Assembly: GCA_964016885.1 (NCBI GenBank)
Contig: OZ024740.1
Location: 307,582,001-307,646,000, forward strand
Origin: Eledone cirrhosa
Lineage: Eukaryota
Direction of reading: 5' to 3'
Length of the DNA: 64,000 bases
Part shown: positions 14,524 through 31,361 of the stretch, piece by piece
Position numbering within the stretch: position 1 is the first letter of the stretch
How the letters are laid out: the number at the start of each line of letters is the position of its first letter
Notes under the pieces: model-generated
What the model saw: the letters and a program-made list of their open reading frames with translations, nothing else
What the model was told of the DNA's origin: nothing
Database searches by the model: none
Made by a program: the position numbers and the translations under genes

Positions 14524-14982
14524 ATTGGTGCCCATATATGCCTGGTATAATCCATGATTGGTATAAAGTGTAAAATAAAACACTGGCTGTTGTTTCTTTA
14601 TACAACTAAATGTGGTACATATGATTGATCTAAGAACGTTTATATGTCGTTTTTTAATGTCTTCCATGTATGTTGTGATTGTTGTGAAAGCGTGCTTCCT
14701 GTGATCATACAAACCGTACATGATATGAAACAAGGATTTTGCTTCGTGATTTGTTTATGAACTAGTAAACATGATGACAGGCCATCATTAGTTCACTTTA
14801 AAGGACAAGAATGATTTAAAACAAACAATATTTAAATTAGTTGTCTGTGTGTTGTCTGTGTGTCTGAACCTATCGATGTAAGATTGTTACGCTCCTAACC
14901 CGTTCGAGTGGAGAAGAGTGTATTTTTGTCTTCTCTGCATGTAGTAAGTATATATGTTGTTGATTATTATAGTTTGGTTATA

Positions 14983-15157
14983 ATTGTTTCTACTTTAGGA
15001 ACAAGGCCAGCAATTATCCCAGTGTATAACTGGTACTTTATTTTATCGACCCCGTAAGGATGAAAGGCAGGATTTGAACTCAGACCATAAAGGGACGTAA
15101 CTGTGCTGCAAAGCACGGCGTCCGACCCTCTACCGATACTGCCAATCCACCGCCCTC
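14983..15157 (-). mobile_element. tRNA-derived SINE
   Basis: Matches 2446-2619; TSD agtttggttata at 14971 and 15158. Confidence 0.85.
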
Positions 15158-15348
15158 AGTTTGGTTATAGTTGATATTTAGTGTAGGTAGTGATGAATTT
15201 GCTAGGGTGCTACTTTAAGTGTGTTGTTTGGTAGATATGTTTCTTGGAAATGTATGTTTATAGTGTTGAAGAAGTTGTACAACAGTGTCTAAAGTACGAA
15301 AGAAGGAGGTGAGTGTGATGCCATTTGTGTATGAAGGTGTGTGTGTGT

Positions 15349-15543
15349 GGCAAAACCAACCGGCATGAGACCCAGGGGTAGACCCTGGGCAAGATGGTTG
15401 GATAACATCCATGAGCTTGACTGATCTCGCTTTGGGATCCAGCTGGATCAGTTGGAGACGGTTGCTTCTGACAGGACCCGCTGGTAGTAGTATTTGAGGA
15501 CTCAGCTCCCATGGTCCTCCCAAGAAGATGAAGAAGAAGAAGA

Positions 15544-15546
<3 letters not shown>
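15349..15546 (+). mobile_element. RTE LINE 3' end with (GAA)n tail
   Basis: AKPTGMRPRGRPWARWLDNI...LETVASDRTRW; related copy at 56659-57050. Confidence 0.75.
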
Positions 15547-15616
<70 letters not shown>

Positions 15617-15883
15617 TGTATATATTTTAGTGTCTGACGGCTGTGGAGGTATAGTATTTTGTTTTGTTTTTAATGACTCGAGGACAGATACTTGCAGCAC
15701 GCCATCCACTCAGAAAATTAAATATTTCGAAAGTATTGACAGCTTGCTAGCCTACGTCTTTTGGTTGTCGAAAGTAATGTTTGTTATTAACAATATGGCT
15801 GAAGGTAAGAACCATAGGGGAGGTTTTTGCATACTAAATACACATAGTGTAGTCTAACTTCATTCAAGTCATGCCCACCAGTC

Positions 15884-16071
15884 AGTTAGATTGGCAGTAT
15901 CGGTAGAGGGTTGGACACCATGCTTTGCAGCATAGAGTTATATCACTTTATGGTCTGAGTTCAAATCCCACCGAGGTTAACTTTGCTTTTCATCCTTACG
16001 AGGTCGATAAAATCAACTACCAGTAATGCACTGTCATAATTGCTGGCCTTGTGCCAAAAGTAGAAACAATT
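15884..16071 (+). mobile_element. tRNA-derived SINE
   Basis: Matches the main SINE family including the gtagaaacaat tail. Confidence 0.8.
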
Positions 16072-16094
16072 ATTTAAAAATTATATTTTGTTCG

Positions 16095-16470
16095 TGTTGT
16101 TGTTTAACCCCCGGTCAGACCTGACCGTGCACACCTATGGTCAAATACTCAAAGCCGTTAGTCTCGTCATTATATACACGTTGAGTTAACACCATGCCGT
16201 CTTCTTCCTTTTTAAGGTATCGAAGCTATGATTCGTGGGAGATTTAGCTGTTATTTCTAGCTAGTTGGCCGGCTGTGTAGAGAATCCCTCATTGGCTCGT
16301 TTGTTGTTGTTTAACCCCAAGTCAAAACTAACCGGTCATACCTATGATCTAAAGTATGCTAACCATGACTTTATTTTGTGGCGTATATAAAACTACATTA
16401 TTTAGTGTGGTTTTAGGGAGATTTGGCTGTTATTTCTTGCAGGGGGGAGTGACAACATAGAGGCTCCAGT
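16095..16470 (+). mobile_element. Two tandem copies of a second, older short interspersed repeat
   Basis: Each starts gttgttgtttaaccc..ggtca..acctatg and contains gagatttggctgttatttctagc; diverged copies near 3440-3660, 19250-19440, 19770-19950, 19997-20076 and 55060-55240. Confidence 0.6.
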
Positions 16471-16559
16471 TGTTGATGTTGGCGTTATTACTAAGTGAAT
16501 AGTAATAGTAGGGGGAGTGTGCGCAGGAGAGTGTGACCGATGAATGGCGTGTGAATTAA

Positions 16560-18830
<2,271 letters not shown>

Positions 18831-20097
18831 TTTTTGTGTTTGTGAGAAAACGTTTGTTTGTTTGTTGAAAGTGATGTCAACACCAGTAAAAAGTCCAAGT
18901 GTACTTTTAAGTGCATTGCATATATAGCTGGGTATGGTAAAATATAACGTAGCTAAACTATATAAACATAGAATGCAGCCTAGCAACATATCACTGTGCT
19001 GCACATATCACATATATCGACTGTGCAGCTTATCACAACACAACAAGGACCACAACATCGCACGCCACCACAAGCCATAATACAACAACACTACATAAGA
19101 ATCACACCGCACCATAGGAAAACACGAGAGAATTCTATTGCACCGTGTATTACATTCTTTATATATCACGAACAGATACACCACGTTGCACTGCACTATA
19201 CTGTGTTACGGCCATGATACATTTAAATAGCATCTACAACATCATATGGTCGACATGCTAGAAATAACAACCAAATATCTTTCAAACAACATCCTAGAGT
19301 TAAAAAGAAAAATAAATCAGATCAGATAAATGCAAACTTGGATATACTAATTCTGAAGAAGACGAGATGGTCGTGGCTGGAATGTCAGTGATTATAGGTC
19401 TATTAAGACATGTGATTGATCCTTAGGCTAAACAACAATAAACACAACGGTAGCAACAACATGCTATAACTATACAGCTACACAGCATCACAGCACTGTA
19501 CTGTGTCGCACTATACAGTCACCATGCTACATTCGAACTACACCATACTATAACATAACACATTCATAATGCACCAAAGCATTGCAGATACTACACTACA
19601 TCAGCAGTCATTGCTCATCACATGATTGCAAATACCACACCAAAACAGACCACAACATAGTAGCTATATTACACTACTCCAAAAACACTCTCTAATCATT
19701 CCTTACCACGCGTTTGTTTACCATTTACATACTACTATTCACCATTGCCTCATATACATGCGATTGAGGGAACCTATACGATATGCTAGAAATAGCAGCC
19801 AAGTTTCTTTCAAATCATATTCAATTGTCTTAGAAATAAACACGGTGAATAGTGGGGTTCTTGTTTCTCTGAACACTGAGAAAAGATTGTATAGTCATAA
19901 CTAGATCATAGGTCTGACCGAACAGGGCTGACCTAGGGCAAAGGCAACCACTACTATTGTACACTACACTCACCTTGCATGAGCCCGTGAGAAAAGCTGT
20001 ATGTAGTCACTCGATCTGCTACAATTAGAAGTTAAATCTCCTTCAAATTATCCCCTACTATCTTGAAAAAAGGACAATATATATATATATATATATA

Positions 20098-20543
20098 TTG
20101 TTATGCTTTGGGAGGGTCATGTTGCCAATAAGAAACACACGCACCAGCTGTTTTCACACCAATTTATTATAAATTAAATTTATAAATTTAAGGATTTATA
20201 AATTTCCGGTTGGTTGGTTGGTTCCACAATCGGACGGTTGTTCATATATTGTCAAAGTTCTTTCGTCACATATTCTGTGACCTCTTCAGTGACTGGGGAT
20301 TCTTTTCTTTGTTTTTGTGCCTCTCCTTTGTTCTGTCCGACGCCATCTTGTTTTTGTGTAAACCAACCAACCAACCGGAAATTTATAAATTCTTAAATTT
20401 ATAAATTTAATTTATAATAAATTGGAGTGAAAGCAACTGGTGCGTGTGTTTCTTATTGGCAAAATGACCCTCCCAAAGTATAACAATATCGGTTTCAACA
20501 CACGTTTTCAGATAAAGAATCTTGCTAAACAAATTCAGAAACG

Positions 20544-20545
<2 letters not shown>
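20098..20545 (-). mobile_element. Fold-back PLE pLTR element (family E') with HHR at 20251-20293
   Basis: Inverted arms ~20098-20223 / 20360-20487; minus strand gtca CTGAAGA g gtcaca gaata tgtgac GAAA gaac TT tgac; (TA)n on both sides. Confidence 0.8.
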
Positions 20546-20631
<86 letters not shown>

Positions 20632-20708
20632 ATAATAATAAATGCGAAGACTAAAATTCAAAGAGGGCTCGATAAGCATCGATTCTTTGCTTAAACTTTA
20701 ATCTGTTA

Positions 20709-20789
<81 letters not shown>

Positions 20790-20862
20790 TCCTTTCAAGA
20801 TAGAAGGGAATAGTTTGAAGGAGATTTAACTTCTAATTGTAGCAGATCGAGTGACTACATAC

Positions 20863-21110
20863 AGGCAAACAGAAATAACAAAGCAAACGACACAGTACAA
20901 GAAATATATTATTTTACGCTTGATATAGCAGGAAAAGAGTCTTAACGTTTCGGATGCTATTCCTTCATCAGTAAATAGACAAATTAAAGATGTAATAGAA
21001 AGATAGAGGATAGCGGGCAGAAAAAACAGGTTTATTCACAGCACCATCTCTTATATACACTCACCTTTGGAAACATTCCTAGAGGAGGCTGCTTAAATGA
21101 AATCAATCCA
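20863..21110 (-). mobile_element. Family C element with HHR at 20940-20975
   Basis: CTGATGA agga atagca tcc GAAA cg TT aagac on the minus strand. Confidence 0.7.
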
Positions 21111-22133
21111 TTATACTTTAATGAATATATATAAACTAAATGCATAACAATTTAATAGAATACTACCTGAAATGTACACACCAAGTGGTTCTGATTGAAA
21201 TCAATGGTGCAATTTTTATAGCACCATGTTATTGATCTGGTCTAACAGTAGTGTTGGATGCATTTTAATACTGTGATTATTTCTGACGAAGGGTAATCCA
21301 TCGATAATAGACCATTCTGAGATTTGTGGACATTTGCCATGTTTTTCTTCACCTCTTCTTAAGAATTTCATAAGATGCTAATATCATATTTAAACTCCTC
21401 TTTACAAAGTCACTTTGCTTCCATTTCACAACACTCTTCAATCCAAGAGTTGGTATTTGCAAGAAAACGTTTGAAGGCGTCAGATTTAACTTTCACAACA
21501 CCTCCGCCTTCATTTTCGTGCGTTCACTTGCTCTGTCAAATCCGTTAATTATTCAAAAGAAAGACCTTTTTCTTCTGTTTTCATATCAGCTGTAAGATGT
21601 CATCTCACGTGATCTCATTCAACCCAGCTTCTCCTGCCAACTTTGAAACTTCTTGTATGACTCCAGCCTCTCCTCCACCGCCCCAAATAATAAAAGTTAA
21701 TTATAACTCTCCAACAGTCATCACATTCTGATCTACAATAGCTGACGAGTATTTCAACAACTAGTACCGGTCGCTCTCCGACAGGTTTGCGGTCGAGCCC
21801 GTGGCAGTGGATACATCTAGTGTCCTTGGCCTAGGGCTACCTTCCTACTTACCACCATATGTGCTAAACTGGCCAGCCGCAGATGTGAGCCTCGCGAGAT
21901 ATAATGGCTCTTCCAGCGCATCTCCCTTACCATCCTTCGGGGAAACGCCTTCTCCATTCTGTCCGTCGGGGCTGTGGGGCGGCCAGCACGTGGGACCCCA
22001 TTTGCTCACTATACAGAGAGATGGAGAGGGCGAGAGAGATGGGGGAGAAGACGGTGGGAGTTCGGCTCCTCCGTGTTCGGACACATTGCATCTATCAAGA
22101 GTGTAATTTCATACTTGTGACGAACACAGCTGG

Positions 22134-22166
<33 letters not shown>

Positions 22167-22579
22167 TAGATAGATTTATGCTTGTGAGAATGCTTAGTTA
22201 TTTCAGCGCAACTATCTCACGGAGATAAAAGAACTGCTACTAGAGGAACTTTCTACGGTCCACCTACGAATTACCATCAGAACGCACGTGCATATCATTC
22301 AAAAGAGTAAAAACACTTTTACATATACTACCAGGCAACATAAAATATACAACCCTAGTTACATACCAGAAATAACCTCACCAGAAACAGCCAAACAAAA
22401 CAGATCTCACATCTGTTTTGTGTGGCTGGTATATAACTAGGAACCAGAATTACAAACAGTCGAAATAAAATAACAAAAAACAACTGAAAAACGAAATAAA
22501 ATTAATAAATTTATAGATATACTATAGAAAACCAGAAACCTTAAATCACAAAATAGTAAAACACTTCCTTTCCTTCTCA

Positions 22580-22925
22580 TCTCATCATCATATCTGAGGG
22601 TCAGGACTTATGAACCAGCACTCTCCATATTTTCCTGTCTCTTGCTATTGCCGTATATTCCACCAAACTCATTCCTGTCTATTCCTTAATATCATCTGTC
22701 CATCTCCTTTTCTGTCGTCCCGTGATCCTTTCCCCTGTATTCGTCTCTCAAGGATGTGGGCGATCAAATTTTGGTCCCTGATGACATGACCAAAATACTG
22801 AAGTTTCCTTTTCCTTAACCAACTATCGATTGGTACCAATCTCTTCCAGGACAGATTTATTTGTTCTGTAATCTGTCCAGCTAATTCTAAGTGAACGCCT
22901 ATAGCACGACATTTCAAATGCACTA
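22580..22925 (-). pseudogene. RTE LINE 3' fragment
   Basis: AFEMSCYRRSLRISWTDYRTNKSVL / RKLQYFGHVIR. Confidence 0.8.
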
Positions 22926-23419
22926 TATAGAGTAATTAGCAGCAGTAACGAAAATGGTCTATCTTCTCCACACTTCATATCAAATAACAACCCCAAATAA
23001 TTTACCCACACTACAACACTTAAAAAGCATTCTTATCAGACCTTTTCCAAAAAATCAATCACACGAAGAAAACTGAAACCCAAAACTAATGTTAGCCACC
23101 TTCTAGCTAAACTGCTGCCGTCAGACTGGACGTACAGAAATAAACTGAACAATTGTGTGTGCAACATCTCCAGACCGTCATTTTTACTCCCCTTGAATCA
23201 TCACTACATGTCGGGAGTGCAAAATGTGGTCCCCTGCTAGAGGGAGACGAGGTATGCTGAAAAAATGGAACTGTAATACATGCCACATGGACTTATTTTG
23301 GTTTACATAACATAACTGCTGGCCACTACGGCATGACTATATATTTGCTTGATCTTGTAAAAGTGATACAGGGTGCGGCTAGGTTCGAATTCTTGAATTA
23401 CAGATACAATAAATTCGAT

Positions 23420-23580
23420 GAGCTCCCAAACACTTTCTATCTGCCCAATTTACCTCTAATTGATTGGGTTGATCCTAGGTTACGGTTAAAAAAAATCACC
23501 TGCCCAAGATGCTACGTTGAGGAATCGAACCCAGGACCTTGTGGCTAAAAAGCGAACATCTTAACCATCAACTATCCCCG
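23420..23580 (-). mobile_element. tRNA-derived, CORE-like SINE (third family)
   Basis: Minus strand: tagttgatggttaag (A box)..gggttcgattcc (B box)..cttgggcaggtga. Confidence 0.6.
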
Positions 23581-24250
23581 GATGGACATATATACACTCC
23601 CACACGTGTGTATGTAGTATATGTACTCACACACTAATTTCCATACACGACACAAGACTATTCTCTATCTAATTGTATACAAGATGTTTTCAGAAGCAAC
23701 GCTAATACAGAATTACATACGATATGTAAATAGTTTAAGATTACATTTATGTTTCATTTTCTTTTTCTGGTTTTTAACTCCCACCATGGGATTTTGTATA
23801 TATTTCAATCCCAACAATACTGAGTCAACATGGACATACCTATGTAACTAACGTGCCATTTTGTCTGACTAGAAAGACAAGCTTTTATCAATTTATACTA
23901 GAGAATCCTAGATATATTGAAATGGAGAAGAAAGGAGGTGCTATTGACACGGTGTACAACTTTTCCATCGGAGTTCCATCATGATATTCTGATATTCAGT
24001 TATCTTCAAATATTATATCACATAGGGTGACTTGTCTTGATTTTTTTTTTTTTTTTTTCAGAGGGTTTCTTTCCTTTGAGAATATAAATGCAATTAATAC
24101 GAATGGCAGCGTACGTATGGTGTGAAAATGGATAAACATTCCATTCTAGAGAAAAACCAAAAATAAAAAGGTGTTATTGGAAGACCAACGAATAAACCTA
24201 ATACTGATCGAGAGTCAATATGCCTGCATGTACTCATATGTATGTGTGTG

Positions 24251-24259
<9 letters not shown>

Positions 24260-24281
<22 letters not shown>

Positions 24282-24341
24282 ATAATATATATAATATATA
24301 TGTATATATATAATATATATATATATATAATATATATAATA

Positions 24342-24414
<73 letters not shown>

Positions 24415-24530
24415 CATATAATATACATATATATATAATATATATATATATAATATATATATAAAATCTTTGGATTTTAGTCTTCAAATTTATTATTATT
24501 ACTATAATATATATATATATATAATATATG

Positions 24531-24590
<60 letters not shown>

Positions 24591-24741
24591 TATACATAAT
24601 ATATATATAATATATATATATAATATATATATATATAATATATATATATATATAATATATATATATATATATAATATATATATATATATAATATATATAT
24701 ATATATAATATATATATATATAATATATATATATAATATAT

Positions 24742-24806
<65 letters not shown>

Positions 24807-24869
24807 TATATATAATATATATATATATAATATATATATATATATAATATATATATATATATAATATAT

Positions 24870-24942
<73 letters not shown>
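24260..24942. repeat. Interrupted (TA)n microsatellite
   Basis: Direct reading. Confidence 0.95.
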
Positions 24943-24947
<5 letters not shown>

Positions 24948-25162
24948 ACGTTGAAAATGTAACACACCCAGAGAGAGATATACAGTGCGCTATCAATAAT
25001 TATAGAGGTATTTATTTACGCTTTAATTTATATTTTTAATTATCGTATCTATAGTCTGCCTTTCATAGGTTATAGATTCCATACACTGGTGGTTTTTTCC
25101 CCTGTTTTATTGATAGCGCACTGTATATCTCTCTCTGGTGTGTTACCTTTTCAACATATTGT
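24943..25162 (+). mobile_element. 5'-truncated family F element with inverted 3' end in front
   Basis: 24999-25160 matches 26145-26303; 24943-24998 is the reverse complement of ~25107-25162. Confidence 0.75.
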
Positions 25163-25349
25163 ATTTTAAAGAGCTCAGGATTTTTTCTCCTTTGAGCACA
25201 TTATTTATATCGTGATATATAGGTATATGATTTTTAATGCGATGAAATATCAATGATGGTTGGCAAATCACTGAGGAGGGACTAATTTTATCATATGTAA
25301 CCCATGTGCAACCACGCAGTATTCTTCTTTCTTCTCATGTTTTTTATAC

Positions 25350-25392
<43 letters not shown>

Positions 25393-25506
25393 AAGAATTA
25401 GTATATCTAGTAACATATATATACACAGATGCATACTTATGCTAGCAAATATATAGGTTTTGTCTTAGTAACTTTGTGGTTCAATGCATGGGGATGCAGA
25501 ACAATA

Positions 25507-25660
25507 ATATGAGAGACGTAAAATAAGAAAATTATAAAATTAACTTACTAAAATTTCACTCCAACTAATTAGTTTATTCCCTTTCAGAAACTAATTAGTT
25601 GGAGTGAAATTTTAGTAAGTAAGTTAATTTTATAATTTTCTGATTTTACGTCTCTCATAT
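25507..25660. repeat. Inverted repeat (~70-bp arms, 12-nt spacer)
   Basis: atatgagagacgtaaaat...ctaattagttt / aaactaattag...attttacgtctctcatat. Confidence 0.85.
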
Positions 25661-25709
25661 ATATTATATCTGTATATATATAATATATATATATATATAT
25701 AATATATAT

Positions 25710-25769
<60 letters not shown>

Positions 25770-25773
<4 letters not shown>

Positions 25774-26303
25774 CACGATAAATTAACGGAGGCATAGGCC
25801 GTCGTTATTCCCGGGAATAACGACGGCCTATGCCTCCGTTAATTTATCGTGATATTTCGCTCCTAATAACAGTCTTTCCTATCTCTGTTTGGTTGAGCAC
25901 ACTTCTCCGAGTGGCTTTGGGCTGCCCTTTCTAGCAGTTCGTCTCTCAGAGGCCACTGGTTCACTGCCCTTAAACACGCTGTGATTTCTCTCTCCCACGT
26001 GTAGCTGGACAGTCAATTGTAAAATTCTCTTAGTGTTGTCTGAAATGTATAGCCTTACACACGCTGATGAACCGAGACTAGACCATTTCTTTCAACAAAT
26101 TTTTTGGTGAAACATATCTTTGGATTTGTACGTGTGTTATATAGTTATAGAGGTATTTATTTACGCTTTAATTTATATTTTTAATTATCGTGTCTATAGT
26201 CTGCCTTTCATAGGTTATAGATTCCATACACTGGTGGTTTTTTCCCTGTATTATTGATAACACACTATATATCTCTCTCTGGTGTGTTACCTTCTCAACA
26301 TAT

Positions 26304-26305
<2 letters not shown>
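25770..26305 (+). mobile_element. Family F element: perfect 86-bp palindrome head, HHR, (TA)n on both sides
   Basis: Palindrome 25770-25855 centred on ttattccc|gggaataa; HHR at 26057-26137. Confidence 0.75.
26057..26137 (+). ncRNA. Type I hammerhead ribozyme with full stem III
   Basis: acacacg CTGATGA accga..ttggt GAA ACA t atc tttg gat t TGT A cgtgtgt; GUA cleavage triplet. Confidence 0.8.
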
Positions 26306-26355
<50 letters not shown>

Positions 26356-26361
<6 letters not shown>

Positions 26362-26772
26362 ATACTTTGGGAGGGTCATGTTGCCAATAAGAAACACACG
26401 CACCAGTTGCTTTCACTTCAATTTATTATAATAAATTTATAAATTTAGGAATTTATAAATTTCCGGTTGGTTGGTTCCACAAGCAGATGGTTGTTTATAT
26501 ATTGTCAAAGCTCTTTCGTCACACATTCTGTGACCTCTTCAGTGACTGGGGTTTCTTGTCTTTGTTTTTGTGCCTCTCCTTTGTTCTGTCCTACGCCATA
26601 TTGTTTCCTAAATTTATAAATTCCTAAATTTATAAATTTATTATAATAAATTGAAGTGAAAGCAACTGGTGCGGGTGTTTCTTATTGGCAACATGACCCT
26701 CCCAAAGTATAACAATATCGGTTTCAACACACGTTTTCAGATAAAGAATCTTGCTAAACAAATTCAGAAACG

Positions 26773-26775
<3 letters not shown>
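26356..26775 (-). mobile_element. Fold-back family E' element with HHR at 26504-26546
   Basis: Inverted arms ~26356-26462 / 26608-26716; gtca CTGAAGA ggtcacagaatgtgtgac GAAA gagc TT tgac. Confidence 0.8.
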
Positions 26776-26860
<85 letters not shown>

Positions 26861-26884
26861 TATAATAATATATATATAATATAT

Positions 26885-26918
<34 letters not shown>

Positions 26919-26922
26919 ATAT

Positions 26923-27003
<81 letters not shown>

Positions 27004-27103
27004 ATATATATATAATATATATATATATATAATATATATATATATAATATATATATATATATAATATATATATATATATAATATATATATATATATATAA
27101 TAT

Positions 27104-27135
<32 letters not shown>

Positions 27136-27194
27136 ATATATATATATATAATATATATATATATATATAATATATATATATATATATAATATAT

Positions 27195-27251
<57 letters not shown>

Positions 27252-27276
27252 ATATATATATATATATAATATATAT

Positions 27277-27324
<48 letters not shown>

Positions 27325-27333
27325 ATTTATATA

Positions 27334-27373
<40 letters not shown>

Positions 27374-27398
27374 TATATAATATATATAATATATATAT

Positions 27399-27446
<48 letters not shown>

Positions 27447-27459
27447 ATATATTATATAT

Positions 27460-27509
<50 letters not shown>

Positions 27510-27538
27510 ATATATTATATATATATATATATTATATA

Positions 27539-27609
<71 letters not shown>

Positions 27610-27658
27610 ATATATTATATATATATATATATTATATATATATGTATATATATATATA

Positions 27659-27713
<55 letters not shown>
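26776..27713. repeat. Interrupted (TA)n microsatellite, ~940 bp
   Basis: Direct reading. Confidence 0.95.
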
Positions 27714-27719
<6 letters not shown>

Positions 27720-28406
27720 GGTAACAGATTATTGTTATATGCAGTCCACTTAAGTGTAGTCCAGTTATAGTACTCCGGGTAGTGGATGATATCAACGCTT
27801 GGCTAAGTTTGACTCAACAAGGCGTTTCCATAGTGATGTTGCGAGTACGCTGTAATTCCTATGTTGTAAACACTTGGAGTAATGATAAATCAGGAAAGAA
27901 GAGTGACACGGTTTGCTATACAAAAAAGGTTTTTAATCTCATTGCTGACAATTGTTTCTCTGAACTGGTAGGTCTAGAGATCGCTACCCGCTTGTTTTCA
28001 CGTCATTCGATCACCAATACATAGTTATAACCTTTTCAATTCATCGGAGCTTGTGAGTCAATTCATTCTCACAAGCTCCGATGAATTGAAAAGGTTATAA
28101 CTATGTATTGGTGATCGAATGACGTGAAAACAAGCGGGTAGCGATCTCTAGACCTACCAGTTCAGAGAAACAATTGTCAGCAATGAGATTAAAAACCCTT
28201 TTTGTATAGCAAACCGTGTCACTCTTCTTTCCTGATTTATCATTACTCCAAGTGTTTACAACATAGGAATTACAGCGTACTCGCAACATCACTATGGAAA
28301 CGCCTTGTTGAGTCAAACTTAGCCAAGCGTTGATATCATCCACTACTCGGAGTACCGTAACTGGACTACACTTAAGTGGACTACCTATAACAATAATCTG
28401 TTACCC

Positions 28407-28411
<5 letters not shown>
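27714..28411. mobile_element. Near-perfect ~700-bp palindrome of family B carrying two variant HHRs
   Basis: Arms ~343 bp, loop 28058-28067; HHRs at 27944-28050 (-) and 28075-28181 (+). Confidence 0.85.
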
Positions 28412-29899
<1,488 letters not shown>

Positions 29900-29914
29900 A
29901 ACTCATATTATTAT

Positions 29915-30048
29915 AGTGAATTGGCAGTATCGGTAGAGGTTGGACGCCATGCTTTCTAACGTAGTTACGTCCCCTTACAGTCTGAGTTCAAATCCCGCCG
30001 CGGTTATCTTTGCCTTTCATCCTTACGGGGTCGATAAAATAAAGTACC
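29915..30048 (+). mobile_element. tRNA-derived SINE, 3' truncated
   Basis: Matches the main SINE family. Confidence 0.8.
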
Positions 30049-30369
30049 ATGGTGAGGAGGGTGACTTTGGACATCCTGCAGGACTAAAAACAAAACCTGT
30101 CAAAGGGCAAAGGAGCTCTTAAGAGTCAATGGCCATCCAAAATCACCGGGAGAGATTACCCATTAGCCTTTGTCAAGGCAGAATTCTAGGAGAAGGAAAA
30201 CTCTGATATAACACCTGCAACCCTGATGGTATCCAATGATGTTGACTTGTTCTTCTTTTTGGTAAATATCATCTTGGTTAAGAGAGTGGGACTGGCTTTG
30301 TGCAGTGCCTTTTCTCACTATAAAAGCTTCACGGCACAGGCATTGCTTTATATCTGAAGATCTCTCTGC

Positions 30370-30990
30370 ACTTGTCATCACAGGGTACAATGGGCCCAGC
30401 AATATGTGTCAGTAATTGTCACAAGTGTAGTGTTTGTACCAGAGTTTTCAAGTCGCTGGGTGGACTAAAAAGTCACACTTGTTCAGCGCATCGGTAGGGG
30501 TTCTCCTACATGGATATAAAGTAGTGCCGTACTAGAAAACGAGTTGGCAGCCACCATGTATGTATGCATATGCCGAAGCAGCTGCTTTATGGCGAACTCC
30601 AAATGGGAAAAAGGAACGCGAGCAAACCCAAAATGCGTTTTAAGGACTGCATCAAGGGGCGCTCAAGAAAAGTAACATCCCTTGTGAGCACTGGGAAGCA
30701 TGCGCTAGCGACCGATCGCATTGGAGGAAAGCAGTGTCTAGTGGCAAGAGTCTATTTGAAGAAACAAGAAGAAGGCACGCGACACTAAAAAGAGATGTCC
30801 GGAAAGAAATCCATGTTGGCCTTCCCGAAGGCACTGACAGACGGCCTGACCTGACATGTGAGACCTGTAATAGGGTTTGTCTGAGCATGGCAGGTCTAAA
30901 GTGTCACCTGAGAGTGCACAAGAACAGGGAAGCAGGCAGCTGTGGAGCTATAAGTGTTCATCAGACGACGACATGTAATGTTTAATTGGC
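30370..30990 (+). pseudogene. RTE (BovB-like) LINE C-terminal fragments with C2H2-type fingers
   Basis: MPKQLLYGEL..GKRN..KPKMRFKDCIK; CETCNRVCLSMAGLKCHLRVH; upstream CSVCTRVFKSLGGLKSH followed by an (ATGT)n tail. Confidence 0.7.
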
Positions 30991-31305
30991 AAATGAATTA
31001 ACTATGGAGATATAAAAGATACAGAATAGTGTGTGGTTCTGTTATTATTTCTGGCAATATTATTACAACAATATGACCCTCCCCAAGTATAACAATATTT
31101 GTTTCGACACACAATTTCATATCAAATCCATCGTCGTCACGGCATTAGCTTATGCCCAGCTGAAAGGTTATTGAAAAACAGTTTTCTGTTATATAAGAAC
31201 TACAATAACAACAGAACAAATTCGCTTCTTAAAACACTGTTTCCTTCAAAATATACATATTAAAACAGGAAAATAATTTACTACTGAAAAACCCTCCCCA
31301 AGTAT

Positions 31306-31357
<52 letters not shown>

Positions 31358-31361
<4 letters not shown>

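Noticed and set aside
21283-21320. Further CTGANGA-like words (21283, 36021, 45934, 57111, 63266)
   Set aside because: Stems I-III or GAAA could not be closed convincingly; may be decayed HHRs but not counted
23367-23400. TACAGGGTG as a Tc1/mariner TIR start
   Set aside because: No matching right TIR found nearby
28110-28150. SECIS-like ATGA..AAAA..GA in the family B hairpin
   Set aside because: ATGA-to-AA spacing is too short and ATGA is absent from the 58272 copy; the TGA at 62672 falls in a decayed ORF, not at an evident Cys site
27782-28343. Twin 80-aa ORFs on opposite strands (also 58294-58557)
   Set aside because: By-product of the family B palindrome; antisense to the ribozyme strand; no recognisable domain
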